Assembly: GCF_003704095.1 (NCBI RefSeq)
Contig: NW_020846227.1
Span: 62,001-126,000, forward strand
Length of the DNA: 64,000 nucleotides
Direction: 5' to 3'
DNA from: Pocillopora damicornis
Lineage: Eukaryota
The translations under genes and the position numbers were made by a program. Under the pieces are notes generated by a model, which saw only the letters and a list, made by a program, of their open reading frames with translations, did not search any database and was not told where the DNA came from. Below are positions 39,654 to 51,295 of this stretch, one piece after another (position 1 is the first letter of the stretch; every line of letters begins with the position of its first letter).

Positions 39654-40580
39654 ATGGAAAACTTAACATTTGTTCTGAGCAATTCAACAAACGAAAGTTT
39701 AATTTCTTCATGTAAAGCGTCTTGCGCAGAACTTGGGTTTACCGAGAAAGTTTCCGGCGGTGTTTTCTATGGGACTGTGTCTGTACTCGGATCGATTGGT
39801 AATTTTCTTGTCATTCTGGTAATTTGCCGGACACCAGGCTTAAGAAACATCTATGGTATTCAGATTGCAAACCTCGCTGTAGCTGATTTCATCGCGTCAT
39901 CCACTGGAATTTCTCTGTTTAATTATGCCATAACCCAGCGTTCATTCTACAATTTTCATCTCGCTCCGCTCAGCATACACATTGGTGCGGCAATTTTTCA
40001 CATGTCCATCGATGCTTCACTTATAGCTCTAGCTTGTCTGAGTTTTGATCGTTTTTTCGCTGTTTACTACCCCTTAAAACATAAATTCTTTATGACTTTT
40101 AGAAAACTAAAAGTTATGATTGTTGTAGTGTGGTTGGTTTCCGTTACAATTATAGTTTTACTTTTTTCCAAGCGCTCAATTTGGCACGCGAAGTTTCTTT
40201 ATGTAGAATCTTCTATTCATAAACTGTGTGTGGTCGTGATCATCGGCACTGGAATTGCCGCCATAGTCAAGGTGTTTAAGAGTTCTTCGAGTGTATCAGA
40301 CATAAACCAAAGTCATAATGGTGGCCAAAATTCTGTACTGCACCAGAGAAACAAGCAAGTTGCGAAAACCGTTTGTTTTGTCGTCCTGTTGTTCGCGTTT
40401 TGTTGGACTCCTTCAGTTCTAGCAAGGCTTAAAAATCCCCTTTTGGATTCTGCTTCGCTCTCTTCGTTAGACTTTTGGCTGACCGCACTCAGATTCGCAA
40501 ATTCTGCCATGAATCCTTGCATTTACTTTTATCGCCATCGCAATTATCGCGAGGCATTGAAAAGAACTCTAGGTTGTTAA
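39654..40580 (+). CDS. Intronless rhodopsin-family (class A) GPCR, 308 aa
   Basis: GN in TM1, NLAVAD in TM2, DRF at TM3, FAFCWTP in TM6, NSAMNPCIY in TM7, helix 8 YREALK. Confidence 0.9.
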   Translation: MENLTFVLSNSTNESLISSCKASCAELGFTEKVSGGVFYGTVSVLGSIGNFLVILVICRTPGLRNIYGIQIANLAVADFIASSTGISLFNYAITQRSFYNFHLAPLSIHIGAAIFHMSIDASLIALACLSFDRFFAVYYPLKHKFFMTFRKLKVMIVVVWLVSVTIIVLLFSKRSIWHAKFLYVESSIHKLCVVVIIGTGIAAIVKVFKSSSSVSDINQSHNGGQNSVLHQRNKQVAKTVCFVVLLFAFCWTPSVLARLKNPLLDSASLSSLDFWLTALRFANSAMNPCIYFYRHRNYREALKRTLGC

Positions 40581-42557
40581 AAGGCAGAAGTTAGAGATAC
40601 TTTGTGAAATCTCTAAAACACTGGTCTGAATATTACCAGACTGGTACGTTTTTATAATGTAATTTTCACTGATTTCAAGCAGGGGCGTTTGAGCGATTTT
40701 GCCGGCAGAGCTAGGCGTTTTAGTGAACACATTGTATAAACGTTTTGCATGAATGCAGTTGTGCATTTTGAATACGGCCGGACTCATTGCATACAACTCT
40801 TATGAAAAATAAAGTAGCTCTGTAATTTCCATTGATGTATGTGATGTTTATGCGACGAACATGTGTCCCCTAGAAATGAAAATATTTTCATCATGATTCG
40901 GAAACAATTTGATCTTCATATAGTTAAAGTTTCTGTTTTTATCAGGCAGGTGAAGATACACGATGTGTATTCAATTTTTTGCCCAGTTACCGTGGTTATG
41001 CTTCATACCTTTGACAGTTCTTCAAGTAATTGACGGATAGTGTCTAATAATCTTCTCACATTAACAATCCATAGCGAAATGATCGATCCTCACCTAATTT
41101 GTAATCATTGATAAAGTTCAGTATCAATAACGTTTGGAACGAGGACTCGCTTTCACAAGCTTCTCTTTACATAACGAGCTATCCGTGTGACGAAATTCTT
41201 TTCATAGATTTTATAATAAGCCGCCGTTCAGACGAAATTGCCCGCGTTGAAAGTTAATTTGAACTCCGGCTTTGACGAATAAATCACCAATATGATGAAA
41301 TCCCCGTTCTTGAAAAGCTCCCCCCCACAAAGAAATTTGGAGGACTCCTGCCACTTCCTGCAATAAACCCCCTTTAATAACAATTCCCCGTAACAAATAA
41401 CTCGCTATTATGAAATCCCTTTTTTTTTGGCTTTCGATCGAAGTACAAAAGAAATTGTGCAAGAGGAAAATAACATTATCCTGGAAATTGCTTAGTAATA
41501 GCTAATCAAATTTCGAGATATCTGTTTTCTATTCAAATGGAAAATGTTATTATGTTTATAGGGGCTGGATCCTAACCTTAAGTCAATATCATGCGGTCTC
41601 AGCTATTACTCGCCAACAAACGTTCAGTTCTATCCACCCGAGAGTTATTTATCCGGTGGATAGCGTCATTCACCTTCAAACAGCTGTGGCCTGACTTAGA
41701 CCTCAGTAACCAAGGTAACCTACCTTGTCACATAAGCAGATCAGAATTTTCACGAGGAAAAATCTTGAGTTGAGTTTGGGAGCCTGGACACAGGCCGACT
41801 GGGCTGATAAACTAATCAGATTCATATATGGAGAGGCTGAGTACCAGCAGAAAATCCATTTGTCACACGTTTCTCCCACATGCAGAGGCTATTTGGAGGC
41901 ACTAGAAAAAGAGACCGTCTGAATTAAAAGGCATTTATCTGACACTAATTGAGATGATTCATGAATTAAGATAAACGTTTTCGGAATTAGCTAAGTAACT
42001 TCAAGGTGTTATTTCAATTTCCGGCGCTAGTTAGCGATTTTTTTGCTCGAAGTTCATGACCTGAAATCCCAGAACAAAGACATTAAAATTTATTCAACAA
42101 TAGGGCTGTCGTGTACTCCAATCGTTCGATCAAAATGTCTTCATTAATGTCACTGTTAACAGAAGAAACTTCATATTCCTTTGATCAAAAAATCCCATCT
42201 GTTGTTGTTCTTTTTTCATTCTTACCACTTCTTTGACAAATCTTTGTCCACGGTAATAAATGAAGGCTTTAATAATTATGTTACTCTATTCAAAGCTTTT
42301 TTAATTTTCCATACCACCTTTCACCTTGACTACAAATTATTTGTCATTTTGAGGTTCTTTTATTTAATGCCCATGAGTATATTGATCATAATTTTCTTTT
42401 AACGTCTACGACTCCTTAAAAGAGCTTACTCATGCACTTCGCATGATCGTTTTTCACAACAGCGTAAAACATTTTGTTTTCAATACGCGTAGGCCGGATT
42501 TTTAACGATCGAAAAATATCAGTTTCATAGAAAAATAACAGTCACTTTATTTCAGAA

Positions 42558-43577
42558 ATGGAAGGTGCGGTTCAGATTTTTCTTTACACCAGCTTTTTAA
42601 TTGCAGCAATTAATGGAAATGTTTTGTTGTTCTTCTCACTTTTCCGCTACAAAGTTCTCCGAACAGTTCATGACGCCCTCATCGCCGATCTTGCTGTGGT
42701 CGATTTTCTAAACTGCGTCGTCAACATTCCTCTGTCCATCCACTTCGTAGTCCTTAAAAGATTTCATGTTAAATCGTTTGTGTGGGCTCTCTCGTTTCTC
42801 CATAGTTTCTTCATCCTGAATTCTCTATCCACCCTGATGTTACAAATGGTGGATAGGTACCTTGCCATATCTTTCCCCGTTACATACAAAGCGAAAAAGT
42901 CCTGGACGAAAATCATAGCGGTTATTTCTTTCAAGTGGTTTGCTATCTTGACAATCACTTTGTCTGTTTACGTCCCAGTCTACCACGTCGATATTGGGAA
43001 ATCAACGGCTTTTCACTACAGAAAAGTTTATGCAAGGGAAACCGAGGAAGCCCTACCGAAATACGTTGTTCCTTTTTTCGTAGTAATAATTCTCATTTTT
43101 GGAGCATTATCACTTAGAAATCTCAAAAGGCTTAAACACCCGCGACAAGTCCGGCACACATCGCGAGTCCCAACGCAAGAGCACTCTCCAAGCTCAAAGG
43201 CTCGCAAAAAATCATTGTATACAATTTTACTCCTTCTGTCCATCACTGCAACCGCTTATTTACTCGCGGCGATCAAGGTTACCGTTTGGTTTGGACTAAG
43301 TGAGGCTCAAATGAGACAGTGGTTAACTTTAGTGATTGCGTTTTTGTTGTTCGTCCTGTTCCGGGTAAAGAAATTTACCGACAAACTGAAAACACTTATG
43401 AATAGTGTCAAAGGAATTTGCTCTCGCAGTAATCAGGTAGAGGATGAAAATGTTGCTTCCCAAAATGTTCATGATGTTATTCAGCAACTCTTTCATCTTA
43501 GTAACCAAAGCCTTGCAGAGGCGCAGCGTGGGGGACTGGGGATAAGGGAGGGGTATCGTGGATGTGCTCATTCTTAG
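42558..43577 (+). CDS. Intronless class A GPCR, 339 aa, with atypical TM6/TM7 (no NPxxY)
   Basis: NGN, DLAVVD and DRYLAI motifs are present; TM6 lacks the conserved Pro; TM7 runs LTLVIAFLLFVLFRVKKF with no NPxxY. Confidence 0.75.
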   Translation: MEGAVQIFLYTSFLIAAINGNVLLFFSLFRYKVLRTVHDALIADLAVVDFLNCVVNIPLSIHFVVLKRFHVKSFVWALSFLHSFFILNSLSTLMLQMVDRYLAISFPVTYKAKKSWTKIIAVISFKWFAILTITLSVYVPVYHVDIGKSTAFHYRKVYARETEEALPKYVVPFFVVIILIFGALSLRNLKRLKHPRQVRHTSRVPTQEHSPSSKARKKSLYTILLLLSITATAYLLAAIKVTVWFGLSEAQMRQWLTLVIAFLLFVLFRVKKFTDKLKTLMNSVKGICSRSNQVEDENVASQNVHDVIQQLFHLSNQSLAEAQRGGLGIREGYRGCAHS

Positions 43578-44691
43578 TGGAAAATGTTGAAAATACTAAA
43601 AAAAAAAAAAATTGGCATGCACTGAGGTAATAGTCTAATACCGTGGCGCTCCCTTTTCTTCCCGACTGCCACCTTTCTCCTCTCCACTCGGTTTAGTTTG
43701 CAGTAACACGGCGTGAGTGATTCGGCTCAATTTCCGAAGTTTTTTGCGGATGCCCACGGCCACCCATCGATCTTCATGGGAAGGAACCGTCTGTTCAGAG
43801 AAGGAGCACGGGCTCACTTCCTGAACAGCGGCTGGTAGTCGAGCGTTCGTGACTACCGTATTACCTCGAATGAACGTCCAGCCTTTAAGGAGCGCCCTCC
43901 CCCGAATAAGCGCCCATACCCAGGCCATATTTTCAAACAAGCTCCCCCTTCGACTAACCACCCTCTTCTCCCTCACTTTCTAAAGTAATAGGGATACAAG
44001 AAAAACCTTTTTTCCATTGCCACTTTATTTGTTTTTAACTTTTAAAGCCTCAACTTCAGGGGTGTGACTGGTAAAAAAAAAAATAATAGAGGGCCGATGC
44101 CTCGAAAACCACTCGTCACCTCGGACTGAAAGTCTGGGATAGGCTATCAAGAAATGGTGGTGACGAGAAACGAAAGGCTCAATGAGCATGGCTGAAAGAA
44201 TTTGTTTCTTCATTTCGAACCAAACCAGCACACATTTTTTTTATGAGGAACAACTTCACCGCTGTAACAAACTGTCTCAGGAGCCCCTGATTTTTGCAAA
44301 GTACGAAAAATTATTTACTTACGTTAAAATTTGTTGCTTTAAAGTGGAATGGTGTATTTAATGAGGGAAAAAATCGAAACATATATTGGCTATTTTGAAA
44401 CTGGAATTTTGTGCGCGCCGCCATATTGGATCAGGTGACGCTTTGTAGTTGATTTCTAGACGAAAGAGCTTTTGTTTGGTGAATATATATAGTGGTACCT
44501 GTACGATGTCATACGATCCAAAATGGCGCCTATCAGGAAATTGCTTCTACTTGTCTCTAGTTTTAATTCATTTTGGTTCTTGTTTCCCTTTTGTTCTAAG
44601 GAATCTCCACAAGAAAAGATATCTTCGTCAGTTCAAAGGCAGTAAGGTCTCCTTTAAAGTTTGTATGACTGTAGACATTCTTCATTATCAA

Positions 44692-47600
44692 CTAACGATG
44701 GCTGCTGTACACTGTAGGCCTCAGCCCCCAAGGATTTTTGCGATAGATTCCCAACGTTGTGTAGATATCTGGCTTGTAGGTCATTCGTGCAGTGATCCCT
44801 TCTTTTCGGAGGTTTTCCTCGACTTTTCTCACGTGTTCCTCATTGGTAAAATCCTCAGTGTACACGCAGATCACATGTGCGTTTTCCTCAGGGTCATGTG
44901 TGCTGACCTTTGCGGAATAACCAAGCTTACCAGCGACGACTGCTTTTGCGACGCGCTTCCATACGTTATCAATCGCTGGCCTATCATAAATTGATGGAAA
45001 AAGAACCGTTTGAAAAAGTCATGCTACAAGGCTCTTTTAAGGTAGCACTGAAATATAACGGGGTAATTAGGTATTATCAACTGAGTTGATAGCATAAGTT
45101 GAACACTGTAAAGAGTTTAAAAGCAGTTGTTTCGAGCGTTAGCCCTTCATAAGAGCGATTGAAGGAATTGTGGGGTTTGTGTCACTGGACGAATGACCTA
45201 CAAGCCAGATATCTACATAACGTTAGAGATCTATCGCAACAATCCTTGGAGGCCGAGGCCTACAGTGAACAGCAGCCATCGTTAGTTGATAAAAAATGGA
45301 TTTTCCATCACAGTAAACAAACACACCACCCACAATTCCTCCAATCGCTCTGACGAAGGGTTAACGTTCGAAACGACAGCGTTTGAACTCTTTACGGTGG
45401 CCAATTTACGTTATCAACTCAGTTCATTATTGATAATATTGAATTACCCCGTTATAGTCTCTTTAGAAACTTACCCCCTTTACTGATATATGAAGGGTCC
45501 ATTTACTAAGGTCACGTTTCGTTCTATTCAAGGTTGATCCCTTACTGTTTACATAAAATATTACAGGTACTCATATTGGCAGAATCACAGGGCTATCAAT
45601 GAGAGCCAGTAACCAGCCAAATCCGTTGACTAGTTGGATCATGAGTATTTAGGGTATCTATCACCTGTCGGTCAAGAATTGGTCGATACTTTCGGTTTAC
45701 ATGTCGGTTGAACAAAGTGGCGACCGACAGTCGGCCGACTATCGGTCGATATGTCCATTGATTATCGACCAACTCTAGGTCGACATGTCAACCGATAGTA
45801 TTCGTTGATACTCGGCTGACAGATGCCTTAATATATTTACCTCCTTTCAAATAGGTGCTGGTGAAAAATCAATCGATAATTATCACACGATCGAAAAATT
45901 TGAATTGCCAACATTTCCCAGTTTGGAGTGGAAACGAAAGATTAAATTACCACTGACAGGTTTAGATGTAAAGATCGATTCGACATTCCTTGTTGTAAAC
46001 CCGAGACATTTTGATTGAAAAGTTCCCAGCCTTTAACTTGGCCGCCTACTAATTGTTATTTCCTTCCTTTTCTCAAACTCATTGAAAGGCCTGCTAGGAG
46101 AAACTAAGCTTCATTCATTGGCTTAAATACTTGTAGTTACTACTACTACTGGTTATAGACAGTTTACTTGGTGGACTTATAACAGACTTGGTAAAGGGAA
46201 CAGACGTGTGATTCCTTCGTGTGATGTGGCATCAATAAGACGTAATTACCCAGATGCAGCCGGAAATTATACAGGCTTCAAAGATGCCGAGGACAATGAC
46301 TCATGGCCGGGACAGTCACGTTTAATCAATAAACTTGTGTTTGTTTTTATTAAACATTCAAGGAGGTCCATGGCGCTATAGGGGTATCGGCTCCAGTTCC
46401 AATCATTAAAATACCTTTAACAGTCTGTTCCAAAAATAGAAAACTAACAATGTAAATTCTAGTGGCATTTTAGGCGGACTATTCGATTTTTGTATTTCTA
46501 TTTTTTTCACTTGCTCAATTTTTTTACAAATCTGGATACATGCCGTGCGAGAAGGTCCTCTTTAGGTGGGCGTGGAATGGGTGCGATGTTTTTTGAGAGA
46601 TCAGGGACTTGAACTTGCTCTGGCTCTTCTCCTGTGTCTCTCATCTCCAACACTGAGCATAGCATTTCCGTAACGTGCGGCTTGGTCTTCTCTTCGAAAA
46701 CAGGCCTTACAACCCAATCCTTCATCCCCTTGGGATAAACATAACGGAATCGTTTCTCCCCACTCGAAGCCTCTGCTTGAGATCGACCAATGCCCGAATT
46801 GTGGTCTAAAGCAGTTAGCTGTGTACGTTCTACCATTCCCAGGAATCCAAAATGTTGCCGCTTGGGCGCGTATTTGTTGTAGAGTGAATGGTACACTTCC
46901 AAGGCCCCTGTATGGATGGTCTTCGTTAGAAGGTCCAAATCCTTTAAGAGTTTCTTCTCTAGCACTACATGTTTTAACGCTTCGTGTGCCGGGGAACCTA
47001 CGATTAGCCATTTCGTTTTACGATGTGCCCTTGGGGAAATAGGTTCGTGTGCACAACGATTGTACAGCACAGTCGAATCCCAATCGTGTTTGTCAGCCGT
47101 GTGGTGGAGGATGCTGACCCACTTCTCTTTAAGGAGCTGGTGATTTCCGTCACATGTCATCGCTGACCACCACATATGGTTTGTCACGGATTTTATCCAA
47201 GGAGAGAGGTCCTTGCATTCTTTCTCGTTGGCTTTCGTGACTAGCTTGGACTTGATGTTCTTAGTCAAGTGCCACACGTCTACCTGGTGCTCAACACCGA
47301 GGTCCTTGTATTCGCTTCTCATGAGTGCTTTGATACCGCTGTGCCTGTCAGTACCTACAACTCCTACAGGAATGCCACTATTTAGTGCGCGGTCAAGACA
47401 AAGCTTAAAACCAAGTTTATTCATTTCCTGTGAACTTGTACTCTGCTTTACATGGCAAACTTCGAAATCGACAATTTTCTCACTCTCTTTGTCCATCATG
47501 GTGTAAGTTCCGTATTTGGCACTATAGCCTGGGGAGTCACAACGTCCATCCCCGAGGAGAGTGACTGAGTTCCTGTCTAAGAGATCGGCGAGGACTGCCG

Positions 47601-48795
47601 CCTTTTCCTGCTGCCAACGATCATTTATAACAGGGAAAAGGTGCTTCTTCAGTCAGTTGCGATAATCCGATTTGCTCAGAAAGGCAGGATTTATTGCGGA
47701 GGCAACTTCTGAAACACGCGAAAACGTATTTCCTGTAAAAAGTACAGCACCTGAAAGCAATACGTTCACGCGGCCGCCCTGTTAACAAGTGGCTGGGAAA
47801 CCAAAAAAAAGTGTCGTTACTTTAAGTGCACTTCCCTTTTTCGATAGCTCCTTTTCCAGAACCTCGTCACCGCATTTAACACAGCGGCCAAATAACTTAA
47901 GCAGTTCTTCCTCAAATACTATGTACTTGGGAGACGAACACATTTTCTCATAAATGGTATCGTGACTGTTACTAACGGGCGGATCAGTCTCCAAATCGCT
48001 TTAGGTGGTGTCCTGGTCCACTTCTTCAAAGCTGATGTTAAACGAACTGTCTTCCCCAGCCTCTTTATCGCAGCTGACTTGAATGGAAGTGTTGTTGATA
48101 TCGTCATCATCAAAGCTGACATGAAGGGAATTGTCGTTCACATCGTTATCTATTGTTACGTCAGTATCTTCTTCCAGGTTAATCGAGAGTTCCAGAAGCC
48201 GNNNNNNNNNNNNNNNNNNNNNNNNNNNNNNNNNNNNNNNNNNNNNNNNNNNNNNNNNNNNNNNNNNNNNNNNNNNNNNNNNNNNNNNNNNNNNNNNNNN
48301 NCATATCCAAGATGGCGTTTTTCTAGTCGCGAAAGTGGTAGATAAGAGCAACTTCTAAGCGCTGTTATCGTAATTGAAAAGCAAACTGGACAAAACGGCA
48401 ATTATTTTCGAATTCCTGTGGAAAAGTTCTATTAATAGAGGTAAAATTTTTCTAGACCGTACTTCCCCTTAAAAATCGTGTCGGTTCTTTCCCTACCACT
48501 TTGAGTAGATCAGCCATTTTCCTGTTTTGTAATCGTATTCCTCGGCCAACTGTAGAATATAATCTGAGGTAATCTTGCCAAAGTTTTCCATGTTACATTC
48601 CCATTCTTTAAGCAAAGAAGCCTTATCGGGAGATTTCATCTTTGAGAAATCAGAATGGCGCCAAACACTGATCCACGAATACTGGGAACACTCGATCTGT
48701 GTTGGTCGGTTTCTCTTCAGAAAATCATCGATTGGCATGTCGCCTTTGTAAATAATCCACTCTCCATCGTCTTTGTTAGGTCGCGATGCAGCCAT
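44692..48795 (-). CDS. C11orf68: UPF0696/BLES03 (C11orf68) homolog, 195 aa; exons 48795-48497 and 44980-44692
   Basis: Exon 1 NRPTQI...SWISV...[15 protein letters not shown]; exon 2 [24 protein letters not shown]...[10 protein letters not shown]...[27 protein letters not shown]; phase-2 intron TG|GTAGGG...ATGATAG|G joins in frame (SKW-PAID). Confidence 0.88.
45054..45456. mobile_element. Fold-back element with ~125-bp inverted arms, each carrying a degenerate hammerhead motif (Penelope-like terminal sequence)
   Basis: 45054-45180 is the reverse complement of ~45320-45456; the right arm has CTGACGA-AGGGTTAACGTTC-GAAAC-GAC, the left arm (minus strand) has CTTATGA-AGGGCTAACGCTC-GAAAC-AAC. Confidence 0.65.
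46151..46310 (+). pseudogene. KolX (P2X7 cytoplasmic ballast-like) C-terminal remnant, convergent with the transposase; not in the ORF track
   Basis: Translates [44 protein letters not shown], matching the YRQF..W...LG...RRVIPSC...IR..YP...G.YTGF signature; 5' part missing. Confidence 0.8.
46507..48200 (-). pseudogene. Kolobok-type DDE transposase, disrupted
   Basis: [55 protein letters not shown]; in-frame TGA near 47652 and frameshifts near 47770-47800; the N-terminus runs into a gap. Confidence 0.8.
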
Positions 48796-49705
48796 CGGCA
48801 ACGTACAGTAGAGCACAAGCAAAACTACAGGCCACTGTCTCCTAGGACTTCATTGAAGAGAAATACATCGCATTTGAGGCAGAGGTCAGCGGCAGCGGCC
48901 ACCTCAGCTATGCTCGATCCTTCGCTTGATCGAGGTGAAGTCCTATTTCCTGAAAGGAGCTAGCATGGTAACAATCCTTAGGCACTGCACGGCTGTGCAT
49001 CCATCACACGACGAATGCAATTTCACTTCGGCTGAAAGTTCCCGTTGAAGTCAGACGCAAGGTTTCAAAACTTTCAAGATATTTTCCCCGCTTTATCCCG
49101 ATTGAAATTGACCTTGTGGAACTAAAAGTGAAAATGAAACGTCCTAAATAATACTCGTTTCGAAAAACAATGAACATGTAATTCTTTCGAGCGACGAAGT
49201 TATTTTTGAGTTGACAATAATTCATTCAAACGCAATGCGAACTATGGCTAAAAACAAATCTAAGCTTTTTGACTTAAATTGTAGCTTTGCGACGTCGGGT
49301 AATCTTCATTAAAGGGTAAATATTATTTTGAAGTGTTGACATGTCCTTATGGTGTTGTTCAGTGTTTTGATATCGTACAATGTTCAGAATTTTCAACACA
49401 AAGCTACGCAATTTTTGCAAGCACACGGGTCTCTTAAATGTACGAAATTTGTAAGTTTTCGGTTCGTTTTTCGAACGGTTGATATTATTTTTAAGTGTTG
49501 ATATTTCTAACAATATATTGTTCATTAGCAGATTTTAATTCTAAAACCGCACAATTTCAGAATTTTAAAAATTTAAATTTAAAAAACACAAACCTACGCA
49601 ATTTTCTGACCGTTAATTGTAGTAAACAACAGTACATGCAAGAAATTCGTTCATATCTCGCTTCTGAGGAGAAAATTCAAAATTCTTTTTCACATCTTTA
49701 CGTAG

Positions 49706-50041
49706 AGAAGCTTTATCGGGAGATTTTATCTCTGAGAAGTCAGAATGGCGCCGACACAGATATACGAATACTGGGAACCCTCGATCTGTGATGGTGGGTT
49801 CCTCTTCAGAAAATCATCGATAGGCATGTCGTCTTCGAAAATAAGCCACTTTTTATCGTCGTTGTTAGGTAGTGAGGCAGCCATCGACGACTCTCAGAAA
49901 AGCGCAAGCAAAATCACGAGCCGCTGTCTCATGAGGACTACAACGAAGATGAATGTACATCAGAAGCCCGATTCCTAGCAGACGTTAGCGGCAGCGGCCA
50001 CGTCAGCTGAGCTTGATCCTTCCCTTGATCGAGGTTAAGTC
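49706..50041 (-). pseudogene. Partial duplicate of the C11orf68 5' region and first half of exon 1
   Basis: Aligns by eye with ~48615-48942; ATG at 49884 gives [39 protein letters not shown], then a 1-nt frameshift and truncation. Confidence 0.8.
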
Positions 50042-50189
50042 GATATTCAATTATCATATTAACTAATGTGTTATATAAGGATTTCTATCCTTGCGAAAAG
50101 CCGCAACGACACACGCGAAAAAATATCGTTTTTTTCGCATATGTTTGATATCGCCAATCAGCTGCAGAACGTCACTCGGTCGGGTTGAT

Positions 50190-50465
50190 GAAGGAACGGC
50201 AAAGCCCTTACTTTTTGTCGGAATTTTCTCGGATTATGGTTGCCAAAACACTGAAAAATCCGTATCGCCTACAGACAATGACGCTCAAACTTTCGAAGAA
50301 AGAGAAAGAAACCAAAATACGAAAAGAAAAACCAAAAGTTACGTATACAGTAGCTTTGGTAATGGCTTTTCTCGCGGCTGAGAACGAAAATCGACTACTG
50401 GAAGATTTGTTGCAGGCCGATTTTGGCCTTACATCTGAAAGATTTCTTCTGTCGGTAAGGACAAC
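50190..50465 (+). mobile_element. Crypton-like (DUF3504-associated N-terminal region) decayed fragment
   Basis: Frameshifted NQNTKRKTKSYV / ALVMAFLAAENENRLLEDL...ERFLLSVRT resembles the N..T.RKT....F..FL....E.R..E.......L..F..SVR region of Crypton/QRICH1/KCTD1-like proteins; the flanking GTTTGATATCGCCAATCAGCTG is repeated at ~36563. Confidence 0.45.
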
Positions 50466-51295
50466 GTCAACATGGGAAAATGCATTTGATTACAAAAACA
50501 ACAATGGGCGTAATTTTTAATAAACAAAATTCTCATTTATTGACTTTGTCCTTACTGACAGAACATAAATGAGTGTTCATGCGATCTTCAAAGCGACAGA
50601 GTGCACTGTCTGTTCGACAACAGAATTCCACGCGGCTCTCATCATTAATATTTCTAAGAAATTTATCCGCCCGCAAAGCATTCGTAATCCTTTCCAGCAT
50701 TAACGAGCTTCAAATCAGTCACATTCTTCTGAAGAATAAGAACACAACACAGGTCATCGAGTCCAAAGTGTTAAGTACAATGAATTGAACGGATTTTTTT
50801 GATAATTGTCCCCGATCGATCTGAAAAAAAAAATAAATGATAATAGTGATAATAATGGTGATAATTATGATGATAATGATGATGATAAAAACAGCGTAAT
50901 AAAGTTTACGGTCGTTACTGGCTTTAGTCTCACCTTAGGGGGAGGGTACGAATACACATGGACTTTTAACCGTGCCAGTTTATATTATCAATTCAGTTGA
51001 TAACTGCTAACTGTCTTGTAAAACCCCTCACCGATGCAGCACCACAGTTTCTTCATAAACTCCCCCTTAAATCAAAATTGTTTGCTAAGGGTAAATAGGA
51101 ACCAAAGAAGAATGAAGAAGCTTAATTAAATGTGATTAGGGCGGAGACTGACAAGGATCACAAATGCGAACCTTGTGACAATCCTTGACGAAACTTCAAA
51201 GCGTGTCATATGTTTCGGTAGGCCGCGTGACTTCTTGCGTTACCTATCGTGACTTTTCAAGCGGGCCGTAGTGTTGAAATTACTCTCCGCTCGCC

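Larger units (their letters stand above)
46151..48468 (-). mobile_element. Decayed Kolobok-type DNA transposon in the C11orf68 intron
   Basis: Transposase plus convergent KolX; right end ...ACTTCCCC followed by TTAA (48469-48472); left terminus not clearly preserved. Confidence 0.75.

Noticed and set aside
44449-44994. 181-aa plus-strand ORF
   Set aside because: Antisense shadow of C11orf68 exon 2.
45037-45050. TTAA-GGTAGCACTG as the left TIR of the Kolobok element
   Set aside because: Only a weak, offset match to the right end (GGGGAAGTACGG); kept as a possible insertion boundary but not called as a TIR.
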